From an uncultured Nitrospiraceae bacterium (GTDB taxonomy: Bacteria > Nitrospirota > Nitrospiria > Nitrospirales > Nitrospiraceae): a stretch of DNA of 64,000 nucleotides. The DNA lies in assembly GCA_963730935.1 (NCBI GenBank), contig CAVSTP010000001.1:1-64000 (forward strand), read 5' to 3'. This document shows, one piece after another, positions 49,207 through 60,224 of this stretch. The notes beneath the pieces were generated by a model that saw only the letters and a list, made by a program, of their open reading frames with translations, made no database searches and was not told where the DNA came from. Both the position numbers and the translations under genes were made by a program. Position 1 is the stretch's first letter. The number at the start of each line of letters is the position of its first letter.

Positions 49207-52200
49207 GCCGAGCCGGGGGTCAAAAGTGGAGCCTGCGGCTCTGACATGCGGCGGGCATTGACGCGGCGGGCCAACCGGTCAAACGCCAGATAGACGACAG
49301 GCGTCGTATAGAGCGTCAGCACCTGACTGAGGATAAGGCCGCCGACGATGGCGATGCCGAGCGGATGCCGCAATTCCGAGCCCACGCCCGACCCGATCGC
49401 CAAGGGCAGCGCGCCGAGCAGGGCGGCCATGGTCGTCATCATGATCGGCCGGAAGCGAAGGAGACAGGCCTCGTAGATCGCTTCGGTCGGCGGTTTGCCG
49501 TCTTTGCGCTCTGCATCGAGTGCGAAGTCGATCATCATGATCGCATTTTTTTTCACGATGCCGATCAGCAGAATGATGCCGATCAGCGCAATCACGCTGA
49601 ATTCAGTGTTGAAGAGCATCAGTGCTAGCAGCGCGCCGACGCCGGCGGAGGGCAGCGTGGACAGAATCGTGAGCGGATGGATATAGCTCTCGTAGAGGAT
49701 GCCGAGCACGATGTACACCGTCACCAGCGCCGCGAGAATCAGCCACGTTTCGTTTCCCAAGGAGGCCTGAAACGCCTGGGCGGTCCCCTGGAAGCTTCCG
49801 TGAACGCTGGCGGGCAGGCCGATGCGTTCCGCGGCCTGCTCGATCGCGTCGACGGCCTCGCCGAGCGAATAGCCCGGAGCCAGATTGAAGGAGAGCGTGA
49901 CAGAAGGGAATTGCCCTTGACGGCTGATGACCAACGGCGTGGTGATCTCGGTAATTTGGGTAAACACGTTCAAGGGCACCTGGCCTCCGGTCAAGGAACG
50001 GATGTCCAGAAATTGGAGTGCCTGGGGGCCGCTCTGAAATTCCGGCATGACCTCGAGCACCACCCGGTACTGGTTCAACTGGGTGAACATCGTGGACACC
50101 TGCCGTTGCCCGAAGGCATCGTAGAGAGTGTCGACGATCACTTGCGGTGTAATACCAAGGCGCGAGGCCGTGCTTCGGTCGATCACCAGCAGTGAGGCCA
50201 GGCCCTGGTCCTGCTGATCGCTGCTGACATCGCGCAGCGCCGGAAGCTTCTGTAGTTCCTCGACCAAGGCGGGCGCCCATCGGCTCAATTCCTTGGGGTC
50301 GGCGTCTTCCAGCGTGTATTGATACTGCGTGCGGCTGACGCGGTCTTCGACCGTTAGGTCCTGCATCGGCTGAAGGTACAACGTGATGCCGTCGACGGCG
50401 GTGGCTGCCTGCTGCAACCTCAAAATCACGTCCTGCGCGCTCTCCCGGCGTTTGTCGAACGGCTTGAGATTGATCTGGACCCGTCCGCTGTTGAGCGTCG
50501 TGTTGATGCCGTCCACTCCGATAAAGGACGACAGGCTCGAGACGGCCGGATCCGCAAGGATGGCGGCAACCAGCGCCTGTTGTCGCTCGACCATGGCGAC
50601 GAAGGAAATAGATTGAGGCGCCTCCGAAATGCCGAGCAGCACGCCGGTGTCCTGCACGGGGAAGAAGCCCTTGGGGATGGCGACGTACATTAAGATTGTG
50701 ACCACGAGCGTGACGACCGCCACGGTCAACGTCGCCGGCTGGTGATTGAGCACCCAGCGAAGGGTCCGCCCATAGGCGGCGATCGTCCGATCAAAGACGG
50801 TTTGAGACCATCGATAAAACGCGTTCTGCTCCGTGTCGTGTCGGTAACGGAGCAGGCGGGCGCACATCATCGGCGTTAAGGTCAGTGAGACGATGGCGGA
50901 AATCACGATCGTCATGCTCAGCGTCACGGCGAATTCCCGGAACAGTCGGCCGACGACGTCGCCCATGAACAGGAGCGGGATCAGCACGGCAATGAGCGAA
51001 ATAGACAGCGAAAGAATGGTGAACGCGATCTGTTGGGATCCCTTGAGGGCAGCTTGTAGCGGCGAATCGCCGCGCTCGATGTACCGGGAAATGTTCTCGA
51101 TCATGACGATCGCATCGTCGACGACGAATCCAGTGGAGATCGTGAGCGCCATCAGCGTCAGATTGTTCAGGCTGAATCCCATGAGGTACATCGCCGCGAA
51201 GGTGCCGATTAGCGACAGCGGGACGGCTGCGGCGGGAATAACGGTGGCCGACAGGGTGCGGAGGAATAGAAAAATGACCATCACGACGAGCCCGACTGCG
51301 AGCATGAGTTCAAACTGGACGTCACGGACCGAGGCGCGGATCGACGTCGTCCGGTCGGTCAAGACGGTCACCTGCACCGAGGAGGGCAGGGTGCTCTGCA
51401 ATTGAGGTAGGAGCTTCTTGATGCGGTCGGAGACTTCAATGACGTTCGCGCCCGGCTGCCGCTGGATATTCACCAGCACGGCCCGAGTCTCGTTCATCCA
51501 GGCCGCTTGTCTCACGTTCTCGACGTCATCGGCGACCTCCGCCACGTCGGAGATGTGCACCGGGCCGCCATTACGATAGGCGATGATGAGCGGCTCATAG
51601 TCGCGGCTCGACAACAATTGATCGGTGGCATTGATGATGGATGACCGCCGGGGCCCGTCGAAGCCGCCTTTGGCTTGGTTGACGTTGGCTGCAGCCACGG
51701 TTGCCCGCAAATCCTCGAGCGTCAGTCCGTAGGCCGACAGCGCCCGGGGGTTGGCGCGAATGCGTACGGCCGGACGCTGTCCGCCTCCGAGGCTGACCAA
51801 GCCGACGCCCGACAGTTGGGAGATCTTCTGCGCGAACCGCGTCTCGGCCAGATCTTCGATCTGGGACAGCGGCAACGTGGGAGAAGTCAGTGCCAGCGTC
51901 AAAATGGGTGCGTCGGCCGGATTGACCTTGCTATAGATCGGCGGATTCGGGATGTCGCGCGGGAGAAACGTTGATGCCGCATTGATCGCCGCCTGCACCT
52001 GCTGCTCGGCGATGTCCAGGCTCAGGTCCAGCGAAAACTGCAGCGTGACGACGGAACTGCCGCCGGAACTTGTCGACGTCATCTGATTGAGTCCTGGCAT
52101 CTGTCCAAACTGCCGTTCGAGCGGCGCCGTGACGGACGACGCCATCACGTCGGGACTGGCGCCGGGGTACAAGGTGAGTACTTGAATGGTCGGGTAATCG

Positions 52201-52319
52201 ATCTGAGGCAGCGCGGAAACAGGCAACTGGCGGTACGCAATGGCGCCGGCCAAGAGAATTGCAACCATGGTCAGCGCAGTCGCCACCGGTCGCATGATGA
52301 ACAGACGGGACGGGTTCAC
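49203..52319 (-). CDS. mdtB: RND efflux permease MdtB-like
   Basis: [40 protein letters not shown]. Confidence 0.92.
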   Translation of the reverse strand: MNPSRLFIMRPVATALTMVAILLAGAIAYRQLPVSALPQIDYPTIQVLTLYPGASPDVMASSVTAPLERQFGQMPGLNQMTSTSSGGSSVVTLQFSLDLSLDIAEQQVQAAINAASTFLPRDIPNPPIYSKVNPADAPILTLALTSPTLPLSQIEDLAETRFAQKISQLSGVGLVSLGGGQRPAVRIRANPRALSAYGLTLEDLRATVAAANVNQAKGGFDGPRRSSIINATDQLLSSRDYEPLIIAYRNGGPVHISDVAEVADDVENVRQAAWMNETRAVLVNIQRQPGANVIEVSDRIKKLLPQLQSTLPSSVQVTVLTDRTTSIRASVRDVQFELMLAVGLVVMVIFLFLRTLSATVIPAAAVPLSLIGTFAAMYLMGFSLNNLTLMALTISTGFVVDDAIVMIENISRYIERGDSPLQAALKGSQQIAFTILSLSISLIAVLIPLLFMGDVVGRLFREFAVTLSMTIVISAIVSLTLTPMMCARLLRYRHDTEQNAFYRWSQTVFDRTIAAYGRTLRWVLNHQPATLTVAVVTLVVTILMYVAIPKGFFPVQDTGVLLGISEAPQSISFVAMVERQQALVAAILADPAVSSLSSFIGVDGINTTLNSGRVQINLKPFDKRRESAQDVILRLQQAATAVDGITLYLQPMQDLTVEDRVSRTQYQYTLEDADPKELSRWAPALVEELQKLPALRDVSSDQQDQGLASLLVIDRSTASRLGITPQVIVDTLYDAFGQRQVSTMFTQLNQYRVVLEVMPEFQSGPQALQFLDIRSLTGGQVPLNVFTQITEITTPLVISRQGQFPSVTLSFNLAPGYSLGEAVDAIEQAAERIGLPASVHGSFQGTAQAFQASLGNETWLILAALVTVYIVLGILYESYIHPLTILSTLPSAGVGALLALMLFNTEFSVIALIGIILLIGIVKKNAIMMIDFALDAERKDGKPPTEAIYEACLLRFRPIMMTTMAALLGALPLAIGSGVGSELRHPLGIAIVGGLILSQVLTLYTTPVVYLAFDRLARRVNARRMSEPQAPLLTPGSA

Positions 52320-53542
52320 GGGGCGTTTCCTCTGCGCGGCGAGGCGGTGGCAGGCGGCGCCTCGGCCTGGGCGGCGGGCTTCTCATCCCGGTTGCGTACC
52401 TCGACCTTGCTGCCCTCGCGCAATTTCTCCGTCCCGTCCACGACGACGAGTTCATCCGGCGCAAGGCCGGTGTTGATGGAGGCGTCCTCGCCATGTGATA
52501 TGCCGAGGGTCACAGGCCGGACGGCGACCGTCTTGTCCTCCTTTACCACATACACGAAGGTGCCTTTGGCCCCGCGTTGGACGGCAGCGGACGGGACAAG
52601 GGTTACCGCGTGCTTCACCTCCAACAACAGCCGTGCATTGACGAACTGATTGGGAAACAGAGCGCCGTCCTCGTTGGGGAAGACGGCCTTGAGACGCACG
52701 GTGCCCGTGTTGGGATCGATCTGGTTATCGACGGTCAACAGCATCCCGGTCGCGAGTTTGTTTTTCTGTTCACGGTCAAAGGCGTCTACGCTCAATTGCT
52801 GGCCGGCTTTCAGTCGTTCCAGCACCGCCGGCAGATTGTCCTCGGGAATTGTGAAGACTACGGTAATGGGCGTCAGTTGGGTAATGACCAACAGTCCATT
52901 GCTGTCGTTCGCACGGACCATGTTGCCCTGGTCCACCAGCCGCAGGCCGACACGGCCGCTGATGGGTGCTGTGATCCGGCTGTAGACCAATTGCAGCTTC
53001 ACATTGTCGATCTGCCCTTGATCGGTTTTCACGATCCCTTCCGATTGACGGACTATGGCATCTTGCGTATCCAACTGCTGCTTGGGAACGAAACCTTGTT
53101 GGTACAGTCCTTTATAACGTTCGTAGTCCAGCTTGGCATTTTTCAATTGCGCCTGGTCGCGCGCCATTTGCCCTTCGGCTTGAATCAACTGCACTTCGAA
53201 CGGGCGGGGATCAATCTGGGCCAGCAGCTCGCCGCTTTGAACGATCTGTCCCTCCTGGAAGAGCACCTTCATGAGTTGTCCGTCGACCCGGCTTTTCACG
53301 TTGACCGTATTCAACGGGACCACGGAACCCAGGCCGTTGAGATACACGCCGATGTCGCCGATACGCGCCGCAGCTGCGAGCACCGGCATCGAGCGTGCGC
53401 CGACCGGCGTCTGCCCTGCCCGAGAAGGCTCTTCACCCGACTTGGCCAACAGGACGTATCCTGCCAGGGCCAGGAAGCATGCGGCCGCCAGTCCGAGGAG
53501 ACCTCGCTTGACGGAGGTTGCAAAGTGAGTGGAGTCAGGCAT
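52316..53542 (-). CDS. mdtA: RND membrane fusion protein MdtA-like
   Basis: [45 protein letters not shown]. Confidence 0.92.
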   Translation of the reverse strand: MPDSTHFATSVKRGLLGLAAACFLALAGYVLLAKSGEEPSRAGQTPVGARSMPVLAAAARIGDIGVYLNGLGSVVPLNTVNVKSRVDGQLMKVLFQEGQIVQSGELLAQIDPRPFEVQLIQAEGQMARDQAQLKNAKLDYERYKGLYQQGFVPKQQLDTQDAIVRQSEGIVKTDQGQIDNVKLQLVYSRITAPISGRVGLRLVDQGNMVRANDSNGLLVITQLTPITVVFTIPEDNLPAVLERLKAGQQLSVDAFDREQKNKLATGMLLTVDNQIDPNTGTVRLKAVFPNEDGALFPNQFVNARLLLEVKHAVTLVPSAAVQRGAKGTFVYVVKEDKTVAVRPVTLGISHGEDASINTGLAPDELVVVDGTEKLREGSKVEVRNRDEKPAAQAEAPPATASPRRGNAP

Positions 53543-53569
53543 GCTGTCCTTTATGGGCCGGCCGGCGCA

Positions 53570-53995
53570 TCATGGCGACCCCAGTTTGCGTTTTTGTGCT
53601 TCCAAATAGTCGCGCGAACTCTGCCACCGCCGTTCCAATCCTTGATACATCCGGTCCAGCTCGGGCTGTTGGGCCGGCGAAAGCTTAGCCTTGAGGTCTG
53701 CCATGCCTCGGGTCAAAATCTGTTCAACTTCGGCCTGGTGCGCGAACCGTAACTCCAGCAGGGCCACATGCGCGCGCGAGACAATGGGCTCGATCTCATC
53801 CTGCTGTTGGGCGGTCAACGACAGGCCTTCCGTGAGCCGTTTCATCATCCGGTCGTGATGGGCAGCCGCGCCATGCTCACCGCGAGAACCGGTTGGCTCA
53901 GCGTACAGGAACATCGAGCCCACAACAGCGCCGCCGAGCGCTCCGGCGCAAAAGAGGACGACGAGACCGCCCCACAATTTCAGTCGAGATGTCAT
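53570..53995 (-). CDS. Membrane-anchored periplasmic helical sensor (Spy/CnrX-like)
   Basis: N-terminal TM, His cluster GEHGAAAHHD, LSLTAQQQ and LSPAQQ (LTxxQ-like). Confidence 0.65.
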   Translation of the reverse strand: MTSRLKLWGGLVVLFCAGALGGAVVGSMFLYAEPTGSRGEHGAAAHHDRMMKRLTEGLSLTAQQQDEIEPIVSRAHVALLELRFAHQAEVEQILTRGMADLKAKLSPAQQPELDRMYQGLERRWQSSRDYLEAQKRKLGSP

Positions 53996-54010
53996 GGTTC
54001 CTCCAATCCG

Positions 54011-54328
54011 TTACTCCCCAAAGAAGGGAACGGACTCCAACTCCTCGGCGACCAAGGCGGGGCTTCCCCCGTTTGGCGGCCGCCACAGCCCGACCGTCAA
54101 CACGGTGGCCGTCAGCACAACGGCCGCGGTGATGGCCGCAGTACGCCAAACGAGCTGATCCAAGACGGCGGCCGGCGTCCACCGGTTGCGCTCCGTCGCT
54201 GACCGCCGGATATCCCGCATGACGTCCTGCGTGACGTCGACCGCGTGCGAGACACGGGATTGCGAACGGTAGCCGTCGATCAAGGCACGCTCAAGCTCGC
54301 TAAGGCTCTTTTCGTCATGGTGCGTCAT
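54011..54328 (-). CDS. Putative single-TM anti-sigma factor
   Basis: Overlaps the sigma gene stop; VTQDVMRDIR; one TM segment. Confidence 0.55.
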   Translation of the reverse strand: MTHHDEKSLSELERALIDGYRSQSRVSHAVDVTQDVMRDIRRSATERNRWTPAAVLDQLVWRTAAITAAVVLTATVLTVGLWRPPNGGSPALVAEELESVPFFGE

Positions 54329-54935
54329 GAGCACTCTCCGTAAGTGTGTGGCGTAACAATGCACGCAGAGCCCGTCGCGCCCGATGCGCGCGAACCTTTA
54401 CATTGACCAGACTCCAACCGAGCAATTGCGCCGCCTCTCGTACCGAATAGCCGTCGAGGTGGACCAATGTCAGAACGGCGCGATTTTCTGGAGACAATTG
54501 CCGCAGTGCCCACTCCAGCACCTCTGACGCGTCCTGTTTGGCGGTCTGATCGCGGAACTGGCGATCGGACTGTGAGGACAGCGTCTGTTCGATCCAACGT
54601 TGGTGCTCCTCGCTCAAGGCACTCACCGGCACTTCCTCTCGAGCGCGCTCTCTCCAAAAACCGTAGCAGGTGCGCACGGCGATGCCGGCCAGCCAATGTT
54701 CGAAGGGAACCGAGTCCGAAAACTGCGCCAGATTGACGTAGGCTTTGACGAACACCTCATGGACGAGTTCCCGTACCCGCTCAGCCGGCACGCGCCGGCC
54801 GACGATGCGGCCGACGTGGAGTTGATACCGGTCGATCAGCTCGGCAAACCGCTCGGTCTCGCCCTGTCTGATCCGACGGACAAGCTCGCTCTCCTCGCGC
54901 GAAGACCGTTCAACGGGTAACGAGTCATCGGCCAT
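54315..54935 (-). CDS. ECF RNA polymerase sigma factor
   Basis: Region 2 (FAELIDRY...EVFVKAY...HWLAGIA) and region 4 (LSPENR...GYSVREAAQLLG...VKVRAHRAR). Confidence 0.92.
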   Translation of the reverse strand: MADDSLPVERSSREESELVRRIRQGETERFAELIDRYQLHVGRIVGRRVPAERVRELVHEVFVKAYVNLAQFSDSVPFEHWLAGIAVRTCYGFWRERAREEVPVSALSEEHQRWIEQTLSSQSDRQFRDQTAKQDASEVLEWALRQLSPENRAVLTLVHLDGYSVREAAQLLGWSLVNVKVRAHRARRALRALLRHTLTESAHDAP

Positions 54936-55031
54936 CGACAGATGAATTCCCGGAATGATCCCTCTGACCGTCAGTACCGCAGCGTGGCTCATGATACCAC
55001 CGTGGAAGGGCCGAGCGAATGTGAATCGGGT

Positions 55032-55583
55032 TCAGCTGGCCGACGTCGCCGATGCTGGTTCCTGAAGATCGCTCTGTCGCGAGCGCTCTGGCTGAGCGGG
55101 CGTCCGATCATGATGCCGAGACGCGTGCCGTAGCGTCTTGAGCTTTGCTTGCTGCTCCGGCGTCAGTATGGCCATCAGTTCGCGCTTGGCACGAATGCCG
55201 ATGATCCGAACAGCCGCCTCGAGCGATTCCGCTTCCTTCACCTTCGCCTCGATGGCTGGCATATCGGCCTTGGCGTCCCACACCATCGCGCGAAGTTCCC
55301 GTTCACTGACCAGCCGGTCAGCCGAGGCGCGAATGGCGGAACGGTCAGCATCGAGCGCCACGGACCGTAGCTTGGCGACCTGCTCATCGCTCAGACCGAT
55401 CTCCTGTTGATGGGACAAAAGCCGCCGGAGCATGTGGCCGGTGACTCCAGTCTGTCCGTGTCCATGGTGGAACATTGCATGTCCCTGGCCGCAGCGGAAC
55501 CCGCCGTCGGCCCAGGCGGTCGGAATGGCGAGCAACGCACTGCCGAGGGCAATCGTGAAACCAAGCGCGAGACGTGTGTGCAT
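55032..55583 (-). CDS. Spy/CpxP-family periplasmic protein, His-rich
   Basis: Signal peptide (AWA), GHAMFHHGHG, LSDEQ and LTPEQ motifs; AAGGAGG RBS. Confidence 0.82.
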   Translation of the reverse strand: MHTRLALGFTIALGSALLAIPTAWADGGFRCGQGHAMFHHGHGQTGVTGHMLRRLLSHQQEIGLSDEQVAKLRSVALDADRSAIRASADRLVSERELRAMVWDAKADMPAIEAKVKEAESLEAAVRIIGIRAKRELMAILTPEQQAKLKTLRHASRHHDRTPAQPERSRQSDLQEPASATSAS

Positions 55584-55633
55584 GGAGGCCTCCTTTAACA
55601 TGGTTCGAAATGCCTGTCTTCTCCTCTGCTTAC

Positions 55634-55661
55634 TAGTCGCGAGGAGTCGAAAAAGGTTACA
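55634..55661 (-). promoter_or_regulatory. Candidate ECF promoter TGTAAC-N16-CGACTA
   Basis: Minus strand reads tgtAACctttttcgactcctcgCGACta, about 50 bp upstream of the Spy-sigma operon. Confidence 0.55.
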
Positions 55662-55755
55662 GACAGCTGAAGTCATTGGAATTATTCAGGAATGATGGAG
55701 GGCCGCCCCTTGGGCAGGGTGATACTCTTAAAGCCGGAGCGCACAAGCTGGAGGG

Positions 55756-56340
55756 TTACTGTGTTTGGAATTCTCCGTGAAGCCCATCGGGGATCGACGG
55801 CACGTAGGCCGGATCGATCGAAGCTTCCCAGGTGTCCTCGTTCTTGCCTGAGTAGTCCCACCCGCGCGCATACATCAACAATAGAATCGGTTCCTGATTC
55901 GTCGTGCCGATGACGCGTCCCACTACCGTCATGCGGGCCCATTGTCGATACTGGGGTGGGAGTTGCTCACGGTTTGCGACGGTCACCCAGAAGTGTCCGG
56001 CTTCGGGTCCATCGAGCGAAATAGGACGATGAGGATGATACTTGGGATCGAGCGGCCGATTCTTCAGGTGGAGCCACACCTGACCGCCTTCTTCCCGCTC
56101 CTTCACGAGGACTCCGCCGAGGATCACCACCTTGTCGCGATATTGCTGAGGGGAAGCGGTCAGCGACGTGAGGGTGACTCCCTGTTCGGCCTGCTCGACA
56201 TATTTGGTGGGGAGCGTGTGACATGCGGTGAGGACGAGCGCAAGCACGATCGATGAAATGCTGTGGGCCCAGCGCTGTTGGCTGCTCGGCGTCTCGCTGA
56301 TAGATAGGGCGTCATCCAGCGGTATCACAGAGGCCTCCAT
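55756..56340 (-). CDS. Slp-family outer membrane lipoprotein
   Basis: LTA-C lipobox, VILGGVL, RPLD, MTVVGRV; start uncertain. Confidence 0.75.
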   Translation of the reverse strand: MEASVIPLDDALSISETPSSQQRWAHSISSIVLALVLTACHTLPTKYVEQAEQGVTLTSLTASPQQYRDKVVILGGVLVKEREEGGQVWLHLKNRPLDPKYHPHRPISLDGPEAGHFWVTVANREQLPPQYRQWARMTVVGRVIGTTNQEPILLLMYARGWDYSGKNEDTWEASIDPAYVPSIPDGLHGEFQTQ

Positions 56341-56362
56341 ATGTTAGACCAGAAGCACAGCG

Positions 56363-57004
56363 TCATGGACGGGATGATCTCGGTGTTCGAACGAGTTCGA
56401 CTGCCGCAATGTCCTTGGCAACGTCGACGAGGACGGCCCGCAACGCCTCAGTGAGCCCACGGGCCAGCGCATCGGACGACCGATCGCTGAGCGCCACATC
56501 CTGATGGTAGGTTCGCCGGAAGAACGACTGGCGTTCATGGATCGCGTCGAGCAGATGTAGCTCAAGTCCGAGCACCGCCCGGGGAGCCGCACGAAAGTCT
56601 CCGTAGAACTCGGTGACCGTGCCTTCCAAGAGATGCGTCGGCTCTACGTGGTTCGTGCCCACGACTACCATTTGGAAGCCTGCCGATCGGGAGAGCCACT
56701 GGTGAACTTGCTGCGTCACCAACGTCCCTGGAGCGACGAACCACTCGTCGTAAAAGTCGCTCTCGTACTGAAGATCGGCGACGCGATACACCATGGCGCG
56801 CCCCGAAAAAAGAGGAGAGACACGGAGCTTGTTGATTTTCAATACGATGGCGCCGTTAGCTGGGGTGTCCTGCGGCGGTGCGCCCACGTCGATGACAAAC
56901 GAGCGCTTTTCCGGATAGCTCTTTTTGAGGTCGAGACAGCCGATTGAAGACATCATGATGATGGCCAAGCACGTGCATGCTGCCGTCTTAGACCATGCCA
57001 TCAT
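56363..57004 (-). CDS. ABC auxiliary lipoprotein (PqiC-like)
   Basis: SIG-C lipobox, MVYR...YDEWFVAP, LEGTVTEF; last gene of the MCE operon. Confidence 0.8.
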   Translation of the reverse strand: MMAWSKTAACTCLAIIMMSSIGCLDLKKSYPEKRSFVIDVGAPPQDTPANGAIVLKINKLRVSPLFSGRAMVYRVADLQYESDFYDEWFVAPGTLVTQQVHQWLSRSAGFQMVVVGTNHVEPTHLLEGTVTEFYGDFRAAPRAVLGLELHLLDAIHERQSFFRRTYHQDVALSDRSSDALARGLTEALRAVLVDVAKDIAAVELVRTPRSSRP

Positions 57005-58038
57005 CGCTTCACCGCTTGCGAATGCGAGGGCGGCTCGCCGAACAGCACTTGGGAAGGATAGTGCTCGACGGTTTTCGTGAGATAGTTCAACTCCTCTGAG
57101 ACCGAGCGCAGATTCTCCAGTACATCCTCGATGGTTTCACCCTTCGCGGCCAACAAGGCATCGATACGGCGCAAGCTGGCGTTCAGGCGAGCGGTGATCT
57201 CAGGCAGTTGCGTCATCGCGTGACGCATGTCTTTCGCCGTGTAGCTCAGATCCGACGCCGTACGGCGGAAATCTGCCATCGCGGCGGACGAATCTTTCAG
57301 CGCCTTACTGAGATCCGGGCTGCCCAACACTCGCCTCGCGTCCTCCACAGAACCGCGCAGTTCCCCCACGACGCGTTTGATTTCCATGCCGAGCTGCTCT
57401 CCCTGGACATCGTTGACCAAACGGGTCACGGAGGTGATCATGGTGTCCAGATTTTTTGCCATCTTCTCGATATCCACTTGCTCCAACTTTCTGGTGATCG
57501 ACCGCAAATCTTCACCCAGCTCCGAAATCGTGCTCGGCGCCGAGGGAATATAAGGGGTTTTCGGCGTCCAGACGATCCGGATCGGCGGATACCGTTCGGG
57601 GTCAAGAAACTCCGACTCGATATAGAGCACTCCGGTGATCCCCTGTGAGGCCAGGCGGAACCGAAACCCGGCATCGACGGCCTTCTTCATGAGCTCGGCT
57701 TCATCTTCTTCCCTAATATGCGCCGCGACGCTGGGACGGACCGACATCCGCACGAGGACCAGTCCTCGGTAGGGGAACGAGTCGGTCTTGGGATCGAAAA
57801 AGACGCCGTACTCCTCTCTGGCCAATCGTATGGATTCGACCCGACCGACGCGAACACCGCGGAGCCTGACGGGCGCGCCGACCTCGAGCCCCTGGACCGA
57901 TTCAAAGAAATAGGTCTCCACCATTGCGGAACGTTCGAACCATTTGCCTGCCCCTAGGACGATGATGCCGATCACGGCGAGCGCGGTTGCGCCGACGACA
58001 AAGAGGCCGATCTTGAAGTAGTGTGCCTGCTGACTCAT
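57001..58038 (-). CDS. mlaD: MCE/MlaD family protein
   Basis: IGLFVV, ESVQGLEVGAPVRLRGVRVGRV, QGITG, helical C-terminus. Confidence 0.88.
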   Translation of the reverse strand: MSQQAHYFKIGLFVVGATALAVIGIIVLGAGKWFERSAMVETYFFESVQGLEVGAPVRLRGVRVGRVESIRLAREEYGVFFDPKTDSFPYRGLVLVRMSVRPSVAAHIREEDEAELMKKAVDAGFRFRLASQGITGVLYIESEFLDPERYPPIRIVWTPKTPYIPSAPSTISELGEDLRSITRKLEQVDIEKMAKNLDTMITSVTRLVNDVQGEQLGMEIKRVVGELRGSVEDARRVLGSPDLSKALKDSSAAMADFRRTASDLSYTAKDMRHAMTQLPEITARLNASLRRIDALLAAKGETIEDVLENLRSVSEELNYLTKTVEHYPSQVLFGEPPSHSQAVKR

Positions 58039-58059
58039 GACGTGGTCCGAGGTCCGACC

Positions 58060-58839
58060 TTATCCCACCGCCTCCACTTGCCGATTGAAAAATTGCCGCA
58101 CCCAGGGGTTCTCGGAATGGTCCCGCAGCTCTTGCGGACGTCCTTCCGCAATGATGCCTTGTGTCCGTTTGTCGAGCATGATCACCCGGTCGGCAATCGT
58201 CTCGATGCTGGGGAGTTCATGAGTGACGACGACGAACGTGATTTTGAGATGGGTCGCTAGACTAATGATCAGCTGATCGAGTTCGGCCGAGGTGATCGGA
58301 TCGAGGCCGGCAGATGGCTCGTCCAAAAACAAGATGGGAGGGTCAAGTGCCATGGCCCGAGCGATGGCGGCCCGTTTTCTCATGCCTCCGCTGATCTCGT
58401 CCGGCAGCTTATAAGCCGCAGGACCCAGCCCGACCAATTGCAGTTTCATGAGCGCAATCCGATCAATGGCATCTCCTGGGAGATCCGTGTATTCCTCCAG
58501 AGGCAGCCGGACATTTTCTAGTAACGTCATCGATCCGAACAGGGCTCCCTGCTGGTACATCACCCCGATTCTGGCCAGAATGTCCAGTCGTTGTTGGCCT
58601 TGGGCGGTCACAATGTCCTTGCCCTCAATGTGGATCGACCCCTTCAGCGGCTGATAGAGTCCGATCATGTGTTTGAGCAGCGTGCTCTTCCCGGACCCTG
58701 ATCCCCCCAAAATCACGAACACCTTACCTGGGTAAATGTCGAATGAGAGATCGCGCAACAGCACCTGGCCGTCATATCCTGCTGTGAAATGTCTGACGGC
58801 GATGATTGGGGTCTCTTGGCTCAGCGATCGATAGATCAT
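58060..58839 (-). CDS. mlaF: ABC ATP-binding protein MlaF-like
   Basis: GGSGSGKS, ISGGMRKR, FLDEPSAGLDP, VVTHE. Confidence 0.92.
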   Translation of the reverse strand: MIYRSLSQETPIIAVRHFTAGYDGQVLLRDLSFDIYPGKVFVILGGSGSGKSTLLKHMIGLYQPLKGSIHIEGKDIVTAQGQQRLDILARIGVMYQQGALFGSMTLLENVRLPLEEYTDLPGDAIDRIALMKLQLVGLGPAAYKLPDEISGGMRKRAAIARAMALDPPILFLDEPSAGLDPITSAELDQLIISLATHLKITFVVVTHELPSIETIADRVIMLDKRTQGIIAEGRPQELRDHSENPWVRQFFNRQVEAVG

Positions 58840-58840
58840 T

Positions 58841-59962
58841 TCAGATGCCCAGGCAATAAAAAATGACAGCGAATATTCCGTCGACAATGGTGATCAGCAC
58901 CAAACCGCTCACGACGGCGCGCGTGGTGGATTCGCCGACCGCGCCAGCGCCGCTTTTCGTCTGAAGTCCCCGCAGGCACCCGATCGCGGCCACGACAATG
59001 CCGAACACAAACGACTTGCCAAGCCCCCCGATCAGGTCACTGACGGTTACGGCGCTCTTGACCTGGATGATATAGGTGACGAGCGGAAAGCCCAGTGAGA
59101 GCATGACGACCGCTCCGCCGATGAGGCCGAGCAGCCCGGCGAACACGGACAGCAGCGGCGTCATGGCGACTGCTGCGATCACCCGTGGAACGACCAGGAA
59201 GCGGACCGGCTCCAAACCCATAGTGGTCAGGGCATCGATTTCTTCGCTGACTTTCATTGTGCCGAGCTCGGCAGCAAACGCAGAGCCGGATCGACCGGCC
59301 AGGATGATGGCCGTCAGCAAGGGACCCAATTCACGCAACATGGAGAGGCCGATCAGGTTGGCGACGTAGATGTCTGCGCCGAACTGCCGCATAGGAATCG
59401 CCGATTGAAAGGCCATGATGAGGCCCAGCAGAAATCCGAGCAGCATGATGATGGGCAGCGCGTTCACGCCAGCCAATTCGGCTGTGAGGAGTGCGTCCTT
59501 CCACCGCACGAGGCGGGGGCGACGAGCCGCACTGGCCAAGGCTGCAGAGAGTTGCCCGACGAATGAGATCAGGACGACGACGTCGCGCCAGACCGCCACC
59601 GTGGCGCGGCCGATTTGTTCGACGGGTGAATCGGCCGGTGCAAGTGGTTCGGGTCGCTGCGCATCCCACCGACCATACAAGTCCAACAAGGCCTGATAGG
59701 CCGGATCCAGCGACTGAATTTCATACGGCTGCCGTCGGCTCTCTTGGCGGCGGCGCAATTCCAGAAGCAGCGCTGCTCCTGCTCCGTCGCAATAGGTGAG
59801 GTGGGAGGCATCCACGATCAGCCGTTTCGGCTGGTGCTCAGTGATCAACTGAAGAGCGCGGCGCCAGGCTTGACCGGTGCTGGTGGTATCGAGCGCGCCG
59901 TTGATCGACAAGATCAGCGCTCCATCGGAGGAGTGATGCCCCTCAAGGACGCCCTGGGCCAT
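58841..59962 (-). CDS. mlaE: MlaE permease with an N-terminal STAS domain
   Basis: STAS (DASHLTYCDGAG), RELGPLLTAIILAGRSGSAFAAELGTM, EEIDAL. Confidence 0.92.
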   Translation of the reverse strand: MAQGVLEGHHSSDGALILSINGALDTTSTGQAWRRALQLITEHQPKRLIVDASHLTYCDGAGAALLLELRRRQESRRQPYEIQSLDPAYQALLDLYGRWDAQRPEPLAPADSPVEQIGRATVAVWRDVVVLISFVGQLSAALASAARRPRLVRWKDALLTAELAGVNALPIIMLLGFLLGLIMAFQSAIPMRQFGADIYVANLIGLSMLRELGPLLTAIILAGRSGSAFAAELGTMKVSEEIDALTTMGLEPVRFLVVPRVIAAVAMTPLLSVFAGLLGLIGGAVVMLSLGFPLVTYIIQVKSAVTVSDLIGGLGKSFVFGIVVAAIGCLRGLQTKSGAGAVGESTTRAVVSGLVLITIVDGIFAVIFYCLGI

Positions 59963-60011
59963 CAAACGAACCTCCATCGATTGGCCGATCTCCTAACTCG
60001 GAAGGGGTGAA

Positions 60012-60043
60012 ATTGTATGAGATAATTGGTTGATGATTCAACC
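60012..60043 (-). promoter_or_regulatory. Promoter TTGAAT-N18-TACAAT overlapped by palindrome GGTTGA-N4-TCAACC
   Basis: Seen directly upstream of mlaE; the palindrome (60028-60043) covers the -35 element. Confidence 0.5.
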
Positions 60044-60224
60044 GGAAGTCATCAGGGTACTTCCATAAGATGAAAGACGGATGAGGGGCGGTAAGACGTC
60101 GCTTTCTTGCGGTTCTGTCGCATGCAGCTTGATCGGCCTTGCCGTCCAATGGCAGATTACCGCTCGGTGCCCGTATCGGCTGCTGTTCGAGTCAACGTGA
60201 ACCGTTAGCGTGGAGAGCACGACA

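Noticed and set aside
46180..49740. Repeated DNA between about 46180-46640 and 49290-49740
   Set aside because: This is the expected paralogy between the mdtC and mdtB C-terminal TM regions.
60028..60043. Palindrome as an FNR box
   Set aside because: The spacing is TTGA-N4-TCAA, not the TTGA-N6-TCAA of FNR/CRP-family sites; kept only as an unknown operator.
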